From Myxococcales bacterium (GTDB lineage Bacteria > Myxococcota_A > Polyangia > Haliangiales > Haliangiaceae): a stretch of 31,827 bases of DNA. Positions 16,284 to 24,276 of this stretch are shown piece after piece (the first letter of the stretch is position 1; each line of letters opens with the position of its first letter). The position numbers and the translations under genes were made by a program. The stretch is taken from positions 90,425 to 122,251 of the forward strand of contig CANKMW010000015.1 in NCBI GenBank assembly GCA_947483555.1. Reading direction: 5' to 3'. A model generated the notes under the pieces. The model searched no databases. It had not been told where the DNA came from and worked only from the letters and a program-made list of their open reading frames with translations.

Positions 16284-17786
16284 ATGACGCGCGTCTCGAC
16301 GTGGATCTGGCTGGCGGCGCTGGCGGGGCTGGTGCTCGGCGCCGGTTGCGCGTCGAGCACGGTGAACGACGACGGTGACCTCGACGCCGCCGCCACCGAC
16401 GCCGAGCCCGACGCCGATCTGACCGACGCGCCGGTCGGCCATGACGCCGATTGCGGTGACGTGCCGTGCGACGGCATCCACGTTCACCCCGGGGGTGCCG
16501 ATACCAATCCCGGCACGCGGGCGGCGCCGATGCTGACCCTCGGCGCCGCGATCAACCGCGCCAGCACGCAGAGCAAGGCGGTTCTGGTCGCGGCCGGCAC
16601 CTACAGCGAGGCGCTGTCGATGCGCGCCGCGGTGTCGATCTACGGTGGCTTCGATACCAACTGGATGCGCACGCCGGGCGCGGTCACCATCATCGACGGT
16701 GGCGAGATCGGGCTGCGCTTCGTCGCCGTCAACGCGGTGACCCGGCTCGACTCCGTGACCGTGGCCAGCGGCGACGCGGTCAGCGCCGGCGACAGCTCGA
16801 TCGGCATCCTGATCAGCAACTCGGTCGGCGTCGAGCTGGTCGCCGTCGAGGTCGCGCCGGGCCGCGGCGCCACCGGCAACCCGGGCGCGAACGGCGGCGT
16901 CGGTGCCGTCGGTGGCCCCGGTGGCCCCGGCAATCCCGGCTGCGAGAACTCGAGTGGCTTCTGTTCGGGCTGCTCGCGGCCGGCCGGCGGCACCGCCGGC
17001 GCGTCGAGCTGCGGTCGCCCGGGCGGCGGCGGTGGTCAGCCCGGCAACGGCGGCGGGAGCGGCGTCGCGGGCGGCATCGGCTCGATCGGCATCACTGGCG
17101 GCAGCGGTGGCGGCGGTGGTGGTGGTGGCAATGGTAACCCCGGCGCAACCGGTGGCACCGGCGGGACCGGCGCGCAGGGCTCGGCGGGCGCGAACGTCGG
17201 CACCTTCGCCGGCCTCGCGTACACCCCTGCCAGTGGCGGTGACGGTGGGACCGGGTTGCCCGGCAACGGCGGTGGTGGCGGCGGCGGTGGCGGCGGCGGT
17301 GATGACAGCTGCGACTCCTACGGGTCGAGTGGCGGCGGTGGTGGTGGTGGCGGCTGCGGCGGCACGCTTGGCACCGGCGGACGCGGCGGCGGCGGATCGT
17401 TCGGCGTCTTGATCAGCGGCTCCACGGTGACGATCCGCGGCTCGATGATCACCAGCGCCATCGGCGGACAGGGCGGGCGCGGCGGTAGCGGTGGCGGTGG
17501 CGGCAGCGGCGGCGGATTCGGCAACGGGGGCGCGTACGGCGGCTCCGGCGAGCAGGATGACGGCGGCATGGGTGGCCGGGGCGGCGGCGGTGGCACCGGC
17601 GGTCGCGGCGGCGATGGTGGCGGCGGCGGCGGTGGGCCGTCGATCGCGCTGGTCTGTGTCGGTGCCGTGGTGCTCACCCGCGACAGCACGACGCTGGCGC
17701 CGGGCAGCGGCGGCGCCGGCGGGCTGGCGACGGTCGCCGGCGCGCCGGGTCTATCGGCGATGTCTCGCGGATGTCCGGCGCCCTGA
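16284..17786 (+). CDS. Gly-rich lipoprotein with N-terminal right-handed beta-helix-like domain (500 aa)
   Basis: Lipoprotein signal MTRVSTWIWLAALAGLVLGAGC with GGAGA SD. N-terminal segment DGIHVHPGGADTNPGTRAAPMLTLGAAINRASTQSKAVLVAAGTYSE. About 250 residues are >40% Gly (GGxGG repeats) with a Cys-rich insert CENSSGFCSGCSRPAGGTAGASSCG. The antisense Pro-rich ORF 17318..17968 is an artefact of the GGC repeats. Confidence 0.75.
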   Translation: MTRVSTWIWLAALAGLVLGAGCASSTVNDDGDLDAAATDAEPDADLTDAPVGHDADCGDVPCDGIHVHPGGADTNPGTRAAPMLTLGAAINRASTQSKAVLVAAGTYSEALSMRAAVSIYGGFDTNWMRTPGAVTIIDGGEIGLRFVAVNAVTRLDSVTVASGDAVSAGDSSIGILISNSVGVELVAVEVAPGRGATGNPGANGGVGAVGGPGGPGNPGCENSSGFCSGCSRPAGGTAGASSCGRPGGGGGQPGNGGGSGVAGGIGSIGITGGSGGGGGGGGNGNPGATGGTGGTGAQGSAGANVGTFAGLAYTPASGGDGGTGLPGNGGGGGGGGGGGDDSCDSYGSSGGGGGGGGCGGTLGTGGRGGGGSFGVLISGSTVTIRGSMITSAIGGQGGRGGSGGGGGSGGGFGNGGAYGGSGEQDDGGMGGRGGGGGTGGRGGDGGGGGGGPSIALVCVGAVVLTRDSTTLAPGSGGAGGLATVAGAPGLSAMSRGCPAP

Positions 17787-17858
17787 CTACCTGCCCTCAC
17801 ATCGCCAACGCCACGATCCGGCTTGCGCTGGCTGCGTCCGGTTGGGATCCTTTCGGGC

Positions 17859-19775
17859 GTGAATCCTGGGGTAGCGAGCGCCGGAGCCGCGTCCAACCAG
17901 TACCAGATCCTGGGCCACCTCGCGACGGGCGGGATGGCGGAGCTGTACCTCGCGCGCGCCGTCGGCATCGCCGGGTTCGAGCGCTACGTGGTGCTCAAGC
18001 GCATCATGGCCGAGCACTCGCGCAACCATCGGTTCATCACGATGTTCCTGGACGAGGCGCGGCTGGCCGCACAACTCCATCACCCCAACATCGCGCAGGT
18101 CTACGACATCGGTCGGGTCAGCGACTCGTACTTCTTCACGCTCGAGTACGTCCACGGCGAGAACTGCCGCGATGTGCTGCAGCGGGTCGCGGGCCTCAAG
18201 CGCCAGATTCCGATCGAGCAGACGCTGGCCGTGATCGCCGGGGCGGCCGCTGGCCTCCACTACGCCCACGAGAAACACGGCCTCGACCGCCAGCCGCTCG
18301 GCATCGTGCACCGCGACGTGTCGCCGTCGAACCTCATGGTCTCGTACGAGGGCGCGATCAAGCTGGTCGACTTCGGGATCGCCAAGGCGGCGCACCGGAT
18401 GACCGAGACCCGGTCGGGCGCGGTCAAGGGCAAGGTCGCGTACATGTCGCCCGAGCAGTGCACCGGCCATCCGCTCGACCGCCGCAGCGACATCTTCTCG
18501 CTCGGCATCGTCTTCTACGAGATGGCGACGATGACGCGCCTGTTCAAGCACCCCAACGACTTCGAGACGATGACCAGGATCGTCAACGGACCGATCCCGC
18601 CGCCGACCAGCCGGCGGCCCGAGCTGTCGCGCCAGCTCGAGGCGGTGATCCTGACCTGCCTGGCCCGACGCCCGGAAGACCGCTACCAGACCGGCGCCGA
18701 TCTGCTGCAGGCGATCGATGCCTTGGCGGCACACGAGCGGCTGTCGCTGTCGGCGCCGGCCCTGGGTCGCTACCTCCGTGAGCTGTTCGGCGAACGCCCC
18801 GAGCCGTGGGACGAGCTCGAAGCGGCCGGCGAGCACACCGGGTTGGTGACCATCGAGACCACCAGTTCCGGGCTCGACCCTGCCGGCGACGCGCTGAGCG
18901 CCGGATCGACGCAGCGTTCGTGGAGCGCCGGTGGTGGCGGTGGCCGCGACTGGCTGCCCGGTTCGTCGGCCGCGCTGGTCTCGGCGGTGTCGGTCCTGAC
19001 CTCCGGCGCCACGCCACCGACGATCGATCTGCCGGCGGAATCACCGGCATACCCCTCCAGCCCGCCGGCCGTGCCGGTGCGGCTGGTGCCGGCGCCGCTG
19101 TTGACCGCTGCGCCGCCGATCCGATCCGGGGCGCGCCTGCCACTGCAGCCGCCGGCGATGGACGCGGCGGAGGGATCGGATCCGGACGGCGCGGCGACCG
19201 TCGTCGGGCCGGCCAGCGGACCGCTGATCATGCCGCCGCCGCTGATGGTGCGCGACACGCCCGATCGCGATCCGTCGTGGGGCGGAGGCGGCGACCGCGA
19301 TCCGTCGTGGGGCGGCGGAAGCGGCGCCGCGGAGATCGACCTGCGGCCGCGCCATCGCTGGGTGCTGTGGAGCGCGCTGGCCACCGTCGCCATCGGCGTG
19401 ATCGCGATCGTCGTCGCGTCGGGGGGCAACCCGGAGTCGGGCTCGCCGGCGGCGGTGCCTGCGAGCGCCGCGCCGCCAGCCGCCGTCGCCGACCGACCGC
19501 CGCCAGCCACCGTCGCCGACTCAGCGCCGCCGCCGCCAGCCACCGTCGCCGACTCAGCGCCGCCGGTGGCCGCCCCACCGCCGCCGGCAGCCGCGGTCGC
19601 CGACCCGCCAGCCACCGCGGCGACACGCACGGTCGGCTCGACGAAGACCCGGCCGAGAACGTTGAAGGCGAAGCCCGATCGCATCCGACCCGGTGACGGC
19701 AGCAGTGCCGACCGGGCCACCAAGCCGCCGAAGCCGCCGGTCAAGTGCGGCGGACTCTATCCACCGTGTGACTGA
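17859..19775 (+). CDS. Hanks-type Ser/Thr protein kinase, single TM, Pro/Ala-rich repetitive extracytoplasmic tail (start uncertain: GTG 17859 or TTG 17823)
   Basis: Kinase subdomains: Gly loop LGHLATGGMAELY, VLKRI (Lys), HRDVSPSN catalytic loop, DFG, SPE. TM helix HRWVLWSALATVAIGVIAIVVAS. The tail has 2x DRDPSWGGG and 2x PPATVADSAPP repeats and ends KCGGLYPPCD. Confidence 0.85.
   Translation: MNPGVASAGAASNQYQILGHLATGGMAELYLARAVGIAGFERYVVLKRIMAEHSRNHRFITMFLDEARLAAQLHHPNIAQVYDIGRVSDSYFFTLEYVHGENCRDVLQRVAGLKRQIPIEQTLAVIAGAAAGLHYAHEKHGLDRQPLGIVHRDVSPSNLMVSYEGAIKLVDFGIAKAAHRMTETRSGAVKGKVAYMSPEQCTGHPLDRRSDIFSLGIVFYEMATMTRLFKHPNDFETMTRIVNGPIPPPTSRRPELSRQLEAVILTCLARRPEDRYQTGADLLQAIDALAAHERLSLSAPALGRYLRELFGERPEPWDELEAAGEHTGLVTIETTSSGLDPAGDALSAGSTQRSWSAGGGGGRDWLPGSSAALVSAVSVLTSGATPPTIDLPAESPAYPSSPPAVPVRLVPAPLLTAAPPIRSGARLPLQPPAMDAAEGSDPDGAATVVGPASGPLIMPPPLMVRDTPDRDPSWGGGGDRDPSWGGGSGAAEIDLRPRHRWVLWSALATVAIGVIAIVVASGGNPESGSPAAVPASAAPPAAVADRPPPATVADSAPPPPATVADSAPPVAAPPPPAAAVADPPATAATRTVGSTKTRPRTLKAKPDRIRPGDGSSADRATKPPKPPVKCGGLYPPCD
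19263..19322 (+). repeat. in-frame tandem repeat, 2 copies of a 30-nt unit (GAYCGCGATCCGTCGTGGGGCGG core) encoding DRDPSWGGGG
   Basis: The direct repeat is visible in the sequence at 19263..19285 and 19293..19315, inside the kinase gene. Confidence 0.6.
19498..19560 (+). repeat. in-frame tandem repeat, 2 copies of GCCGCCAGCCACCGTCGCCGACTCAGCGCC with 33-nt period, encoding PPATVADSAPP
   Basis: Identical 30-mers at 19498..19527 and 19531..19560, inside the kinase gene tail. Confidence 0.6.
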
Positions 19776-20564
19776 ATGACCGACCCGCCCGAACCGACCT
19801 CCGTCGCTCGCGTTGCCCGCACCATGGCGCTCGCCGTCGCGCTGCTGGTCGCGGCCCGGCCCGCGTTCGCCCAGCCGGCCTCGACGCACGAGACCGCTGC
19901 CACCGCGGCGTACGAAGCCGGTGACCTCGCCACCGCGTTGCGCGAATTCGAGGCCGCGTACGTGGAGACCCGGCGCCCCGATCTGCTCTACGTCATCGGC
20001 CGCCTGTACGCCGAGGGCAAGGACTGCGGGCGCGCGAACGATCACTTCATCCGCTTCCTCGCCACGGGCCCGGGCCCCAACGCGAGCGAGGGCGCGAACG
20101 CCGAGATCGCCAAGTGCCAGCAGGTGCTCGACAGTCAGCGCGCCGCGGGTGGCGGATCCGATCGTGGCGCCTCCCCGATCGGCACTCCACCCTCACCACC
20201 GCCCGACCCCGTGGCCGTCGCAGCGGTCGACGGCCGGCGGTTCTTCAAAGACAAGCTCGGCCTGGCGCTGCTCGGCGGCGGCGTGGCCGCCGAGGTGGTC
20301 GCGGTGCTGATCTACACCCAGGCGCGCAGCGCGCAGTGCGGCGATCCGGTGTGTAGCAACCTGACCTACGACGCGTACCAGGCGGCCGAGGATCAGGCCC
20401 GCTCGAGACGGCTGACGTCGGTGATCGTCGCCGGCGTCGGTGGCGCGCTGCTCGCCGGTGGCGTGGTGCGCTACCTGACCCGCGACGACCGCGATCGCGA
20501 GACGTCGCTGAGCGTGAGGCCGACCGGCGGCGGCGCCGAGGTTGTCCTCGGCGGCCGGTTCTGA
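19776..20564 (+). CDS. TPR-like repeat membrane protein (262 aa), translationally adjacent to the kinase
   Basis: ATG 19776 directly follows the kinase TGA (TGAATG). Signal/anchor MALAVALLVAARPAFAQP. TPR-like helices (AAYEAGDLATALREFEAAYVETRRPDLLYVIGRLYAEGKDCGRANDHFIRFL). C-terminal TM segments (LGLALLGGGVAAEVVAVLIY, VIVAGVGGALLAGGVV). Confidence 0.7.
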   Translation: MTDPPEPTSVARVARTMALAVALLVAARPAFAQPASTHETAATAAYEAGDLATALREFEAAYVETRRPDLLYVIGRLYAEGKDCGRANDHFIRFLATGPGPNASEGANAEIAKCQQVLDSQRAAGGGSDRGASPIGTPPSPPPDPVAVAAVDGRRFFKDKLGLALLGGGVAAEVVAVLIYTQARSAQCGDPVCSNLTYDAYQAAEDQARSRRLTSVIVAGVGGALLAGGVVRYLTRDDRDRETSLSVRPTGGGAEVVLGGRF

Positions 20565-20595
20565 GCTCGGGTCTCGAGGGCCGGCCGCGGTTCTC

Positions 20596-21375
20596 CTAGC
20601 GTCGATCGGCGGTGAAGCCGGTGGTGAACTTGACGGTGGCGCCGAGCACCAGCGCCTCGAGCTCGCCGTCCATGTTCGGATCGCCGGCCCACAGGCAACC
20701 GCCGGAGTAACCGACCGTGACCAGGCCGGCGTTCATCGCCACCGACTCCCAGTCGCCGGCGCTCGCGGTGCCGGTGTTCTCGAGCGTGGCGTCGGCGATC
20801 GACCAGCCGATCAGGGCGCAGTTGATGCCGTTGGTCGCGATCCCGGCGCCGAGGTAGAGCCGGAACGTGCGGCCGTTCTCGCCGATCACGCCGAAGCGCT
20901 CCTCGTTGCGCGTCACGACGTCGCCGGTACACACGTCGTCGCAGTCGGGGTTGTTGGTGCCAGCGCCGCAGGTGCCGGCCACCGGCCGCGCCAGCGCGCC
21001 GGTGCAGCTCTGCACCGGCAGGGTCACGTACATGCGGTGCTCGAATCCGACGTCGCGCTGCTCGGCGAGCACCGCGCTCGGCCACGCCTCGCTCGGGCAC
21101 AGCACCTCCGGGCGCGCGCAGTCGAGGTCGAACGTCAGCGGCCGGCCCTGGTGGGTGATCGTCACGCTGCCACCCTGGGCGCCGGTCTCGGCGGTGTAGA
21201 CCGAGCCGCCCACGGTGATCTCGACGCCCAGGCGGTCGTCGTAGTTCACGTCCCACCAGCCGGTGACATCGGGCGCCGGCGACCGCGAGTTGGCCGCGCA
21301 GCCGTCGCCCTGGGCGCCGGTGAGAAGGGGGAGGGCACACATGGTGAACGAGGCGATGAGGGTCTTGGTCCGCAT
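20596..21375 (-). CDS. secreted Cys-rich hypothetical protein (259 aa)
   Basis: ATG 21375 with GAAGG SD 8 nt upstream. Signal MRTKTLIASFTMCALPLLTGAQG. At least 12 Cys in the mature part (TCGAGTNNPDCDDVCTGDVV etc.). High GC3. Confidence 0.6.
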   Translation of the reverse strand: MRTKTLIASFTMCALPLLTGAQGDGCAANSRSPAPDVTGWWDVNYDDRLGVEITVGGSVYTAETGAQGGSVTITHQGRPLTFDLDCARPEVLCPSEAWPSAVLAEQRDVGFEHRMYVTLPVQSCTGALARPVAGTCGAGTNNPDCDDVCTGDVVTRNEERFGVIGENGRTFRLYLGAGIATNGINCALIGWSIADATLENTGTASAGDWESVAMNAGLVTVGYSGGCLWAGDPNMDGELEALVLGATVKFTTGFTADRR

Positions 21376-21460
21376 GACTGGAACCTTCGCAAGCCGGATG
21401 CCAGGCGAAGGTCGGGCCACCTGTGGATAAACGCCACGATCGCCAGCTGGATCGTCAACG

Positions 21461-21494
21461 GAAGCGCATGGCTGTGACCTTCGGGATGCGCTTC
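21461..21494. promoter_or_regulatory. 9-bp inverted repeat GAAGCGCAT / ATGCGCTTC with 16-nt spacer in the divergent intergenic region upstream of the PEGA gene
   Basis: The inverted repeat is visible in the sequence. It is a candidate hairpin or operator about 40 nt upstream of GTG 21536. Confidence 0.3.
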
Positions 21495-21535
21495 TGCCTG
21501 GTTACACCCGCAGGAATTGCCTACACTGCTTCTTC

Positions 21536-23425
21536 GTGGCGGACGGAAACGCTTGGCGCCTCGTCAGCCGATGCGTGACGGTCGAAGACCTGGTGCGGGC
21601 GTTTCGCACCTTCGCAACGGCTGACGGTCTCGAGAATGTCCCGGTGACCGGAACTGGCCCGGCCGACGGCGCGAAGCTCCGTGTGACGCTGTCGCTGGCG
21701 TCGAAGGTCGCGGTGCTGGATGGCGATGCGGTCGTGGCCACGGGTCCCGGCGTGCTGAGCATTCGCTTCGTCAGCATCGACGTTCGCGGCAAGGGCCTGC
21801 TCGCGTACATGGTCGAGCACCGTGGCACCCAGCACCCGCCACCACTGCCCCGCCACCTGGTGCCGCTGGGCGCGCCGCTCGGGACCGGCGCCCGGGGTGA
21901 TGGCTCGGCGACGTGCACGATCGAGTCGGTGGCCGCCAGTGGGCCGGTGCCCGTGCCCCGGCCATCCGAGCCGACGATTCGCGGTCCGGCTGTGGCTGTG
22001 GCTGTGGTCGACGCCGCGGCGAGGCCGAAGCGCGAGATGCAGAAGACGTTGATGGGCATGCCGACGATCGGAGCGCCGGCGCGAAGCAAGCCGGCGACCG
22101 CACCGCCGCCACCCGCGCCGCCCGGCGTGGTCGCGACCGGCACGCCACCGGGCGTGCCCGCCGACAGCCTGCCGGTGCCCACGCTGCGCGGCGGATCGAG
22201 CGACACCGCACCGACCCAGCCGACCCGTGGCTCGGGCACACCATCGCCGGCCATCGCTGCGGCCGCGCAGGCGCTGGCGGCCGCGCCGCTGCCGTTCGAT
22301 CAACTCGTCACCGTGCGGACCGCGGCGCCGCGTCGCGTCGTGGCCGCACCGTCGGGACCGGTCGACGACCTGCCGACCCTCCCCAACGAAGATCTCGTCA
22401 CCGATGTGGCGGTGGAGCTCCCCGATCTACCGTCGGACTACGTCGACCCGATCGTCGAGCCGCCATCGATGCCGGCCCCGGTTCCGCTCGCCCATGCGCC
22501 GGCCGGATCGTCACCGGGCTGGCCGGTGCCGCCCGGCGCGGCGATGCCCGCGATGCCGGTGATGGCAGCGCCAGCGCCGCACTATCCGACTCCGTATCTG
22601 CACCCTGGCGCACCGCTGCCGGGGACGGCGCCGGTGAGCCCGCACCAGCCTGGCTACGGCACCGGGCCAGCCGCGGTGGTCGACTGGCGGGCGGTTCCGA
22701 ACCAGGTCGAGCTCGACCAAGACATGACCGAGATGGTCCAGCTGGTGCGGCCAGGTGTGCGGCGCCGCTGGCCAGTGATCGCCGTGACCTCGGGCGTGAT
22801 CGTCATCGGGGTGGCGGCGATGGTCATCAGCGCCGCCAGCAGCGGCGACGGCGATGAGCCCGCTGCGGTCGCCCAGCAGGCCGTGACCGCAACGGCTCCG
22901 CGATCCACCGTGCCGCCCGCGGTCCCGGGATCCGATGCCGCGGATCCAGGTTCGGGCGAGGTGGCGGTCCCCAGCCCGGGGCTGGCGACCGAGTCGCCGC
23001 CGCCGTCGCGCTGTCGGGTGGCGTTCACGTCGAGCCCGGCGGCCGCCGAGGTGACGCTCGCTGGCCAGGTCATCGGCTCGACGCCGTTCACGCACGACGG
23101 ACCGTGTACCGGCTACCAGGTCACGTTCCGCCGCGATCGGTACCAGCGCTTGAACCGCGAGGTCGGCGCCAGCGCCACCGCGATCGACGTCCGGCTCGAG
23201 CGACCGATGTTCCGCGTCAAGGTGTCGTCGCGGCCGTCGGGTGCCACCGTGACGGTGGGCGGCAAGCAGGTCGGCAAGACCCCGGTGACGATCGCCTTGC
23301 CCGGCTTCGAGACCACGTCGATCGTCCTGACCCGCAAGGATCACGCACCGGTCACGCAGCGCGTGTACGCGGGCAAGAGCGGGCAGCGTGTCGATCTCAA
23401 GCTGAAGCCACGTGGGCGCCAGTGA
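21536..23425 (+). CDS. membrane protein with PilZ-like N-terminal cytoplasmic domain, Pro-rich linker, one TM helix and two C-terminal PEGA domains (629 aa)
   Basis: GTG start. N-terminal roughly 100 aa is PilZ-like (KLRVTLSLASKVAVLDGDAVVATGPGVLSIRFVSI). TM helix RRRWPVIAVTSGVIVIGVAAMVISAAS. PEGA signatures (RPSGATVTVGGKQVGKTPVTIALPG; AEVTLAGQVIGSTPF). Confidence 0.7.
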   Translation: MADGNAWRLVSRCVTVEDLVRAFRTFATADGLENVPVTGTGPADGAKLRVTLSLASKVAVLDGDAVVATGPGVLSIRFVSIDVRGKGLLAYMVEHRGTQHPPPLPRHLVPLGAPLGTGARGDGSATCTIESVAASGPVPVPRPSEPTIRGPAVAVAVVDAAARPKREMQKTLMGMPTIGAPARSKPATAPPPPAPPGVVATGTPPGVPADSLPVPTLRGGSSDTAPTQPTRGSGTPSPAIAAAAQALAAAPLPFDQLVTVRTAAPRRVVAAPSGPVDDLPTLPNEDLVTDVAVELPDLPSDYVDPIVEPPSMPAPVPLAHAPAGSSPGWPVPPGAAMPAMPVMAAPAPHYPTPYLHPGAPLPGTAPVSPHQPGYGTGPAAVVDWRAVPNQVELDQDMTEMVQLVRPGVRRRWPVIAVTSGVIVIGVAAMVISAASSGDGDEPAAVAQQAVTATAPRSTVPPAVPGSDAADPGSGEVAVPSPGLATESPPPSRCRVAFTSSPAAAEVTLAGQVIGSTPFTHDGPCTGYQVTFRRDRYQRLNREVGASATAIDVRLERPMFRVKVSSRPSGATVTVGGKQVGKTPVTIALPGFETTSIVLTRKDHAPVTQRVYAGKSGQRVDLKLKPRGRQ

Positions 23426-23566
23426 GCCGCAGGCGAACGTTCAACAATGACGCTGGGTATTCGGGGCCACGGGTGCGGTGCGAGGTCTGGTTCGTGACAT
23501 CCGGCCGGCGCCTCGTCGGGGCGAACCATGTTCGACCGGTCCTGATCGTGTGCTAGAGCCGGCAGC

Positions 23567-23917
23567 GTGATCCACGTCCTGATCGCGTCGTCCCTGCCGC
23601 TGGCGATCTTCTTCGTCGGCTGGTGGCGGCGCGGCCGCCGCGTCACGGTGCGCAGCCTGGTGACGCTGGCGATCGCCGGCGCGGTGTCGGGCCTGTGGGC
23701 GGTGGTGCCCGACACGCCGCGGTTGTGGGGCGATCAGGCGTACTACGTCGAGCTGCACCACCGTTCGTACTGCGACGCGTGGTGGTTCCACTGCGCGATC
23801 GACCGCCGCGACGCTGTCGACAGCTCGATGCTGTTCCCGGTGCTGTTCGTGCTGGCCGCGGTCGCGGTGCTGACCGTGGCGTGGCGCGAGCTGGCGCGCT
23901 GCGAGGAGCGGCGCTAG
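23567..23917 (+). CDS. small integral membrane protein (116 aa, about 3 TM)
   Basis: GTG start. Hydrophobic helices (LIASSLPLAIFFVGWW, LVTLAIAGAVSGLWAVV, MLFPVLFVLAAVAVLTVAW). Its stop overlaps the next start (TAGTG). Confidence 0.5.
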   Translation: MIHVLIASSLPLAIFFVGWWRRGRRVTVRSLVTLAIAGAVSGLWAVVPDTPRLWGDQAYYVELHHRSYCDAWWFHCAIDRRDAVDSSMLFPVLFVLAAVAVLTVAWRELARCEERR

Positions 23918-24276
23918 TGGCCCACGCCAACCTGCACATGGCGGTGGGGATGATGATCGGCAGCGCCGCGACGATCCTGCCGGTCGCGCGGGCCTGGCTC
24001 GGTCGGAAGCCGCTGGCGCGTCCGGTCGGTCGGATGCTGGTCGCGGCCTACGCGCTCGGCGTATGGGCGCTGGTGCCCAACCTGGTCACCGCCGCCGGTG
24101 GACCGGTCGCGGTGCACACCGCGTCGTGGGCCAACGTCTTCGTCGGTCACGCCGTCATCGACGCCCGCAAGGATGGCGGCCTGCTCATCGGCGAGCTGAT
24201 CCTGGTCGTCGTGCTGGGCTTCCAGTACACGCTGCTGGTAGCGGCGATCCACCGCGCCCGCAGATCAGGGCGCTAG
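23917..24276 (+). CDS. small integral membrane protein (119 aa, about 3 TM), coupled to the preceding gene
   Basis: GTG 23917 overlaps the upstream TAG by 1 nt. Helices (AVGMMIGSAATILPVA, MLVAAYALGVWALVPNLV, LLIGELILVVVLGFQYTLLVAAI). The 3' end overlaps the convergent beta-propeller gene by 12 nt. Confidence 0.5.
   Translation: MAHANLHMAVGMMIGSAATILPVARAWLGRKPLARPVGRMLVAAYALGVWALVPNLVTAAGGPVAVHTASWANVFVGHAVIDARKDGGLLIGELILVVVLGFQYTLLVAAIHRARRSGR

Noticed and set aside
16860-17650. Possible collagen-like or CRISPR-like periodic repeats in the GGC-rich region
   Set aside because: The periodicity is codon-level Gly repetition within a coding sequence. There are no identical direct repeats with unique spacers and no adjacent cas genes.
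17318-17968. 216-aa minus ORF encoding an extremely Pro-rich (PPPPPP) protein
   Set aside because: It is the mirror image of the GGC/GGT codon repeats of the Gly-rich lipoprotein on the plus strand (antisense CCN gives Pro). It is not an independent gene.
21771-22857. Several 150-314-aa ORFs in alternate frames within the PilZ/PEGA gene
   Set aside because: They are Arg/Pro-rich alternative-frame translations of a Pro/Ala-rich linker region, without independent support.
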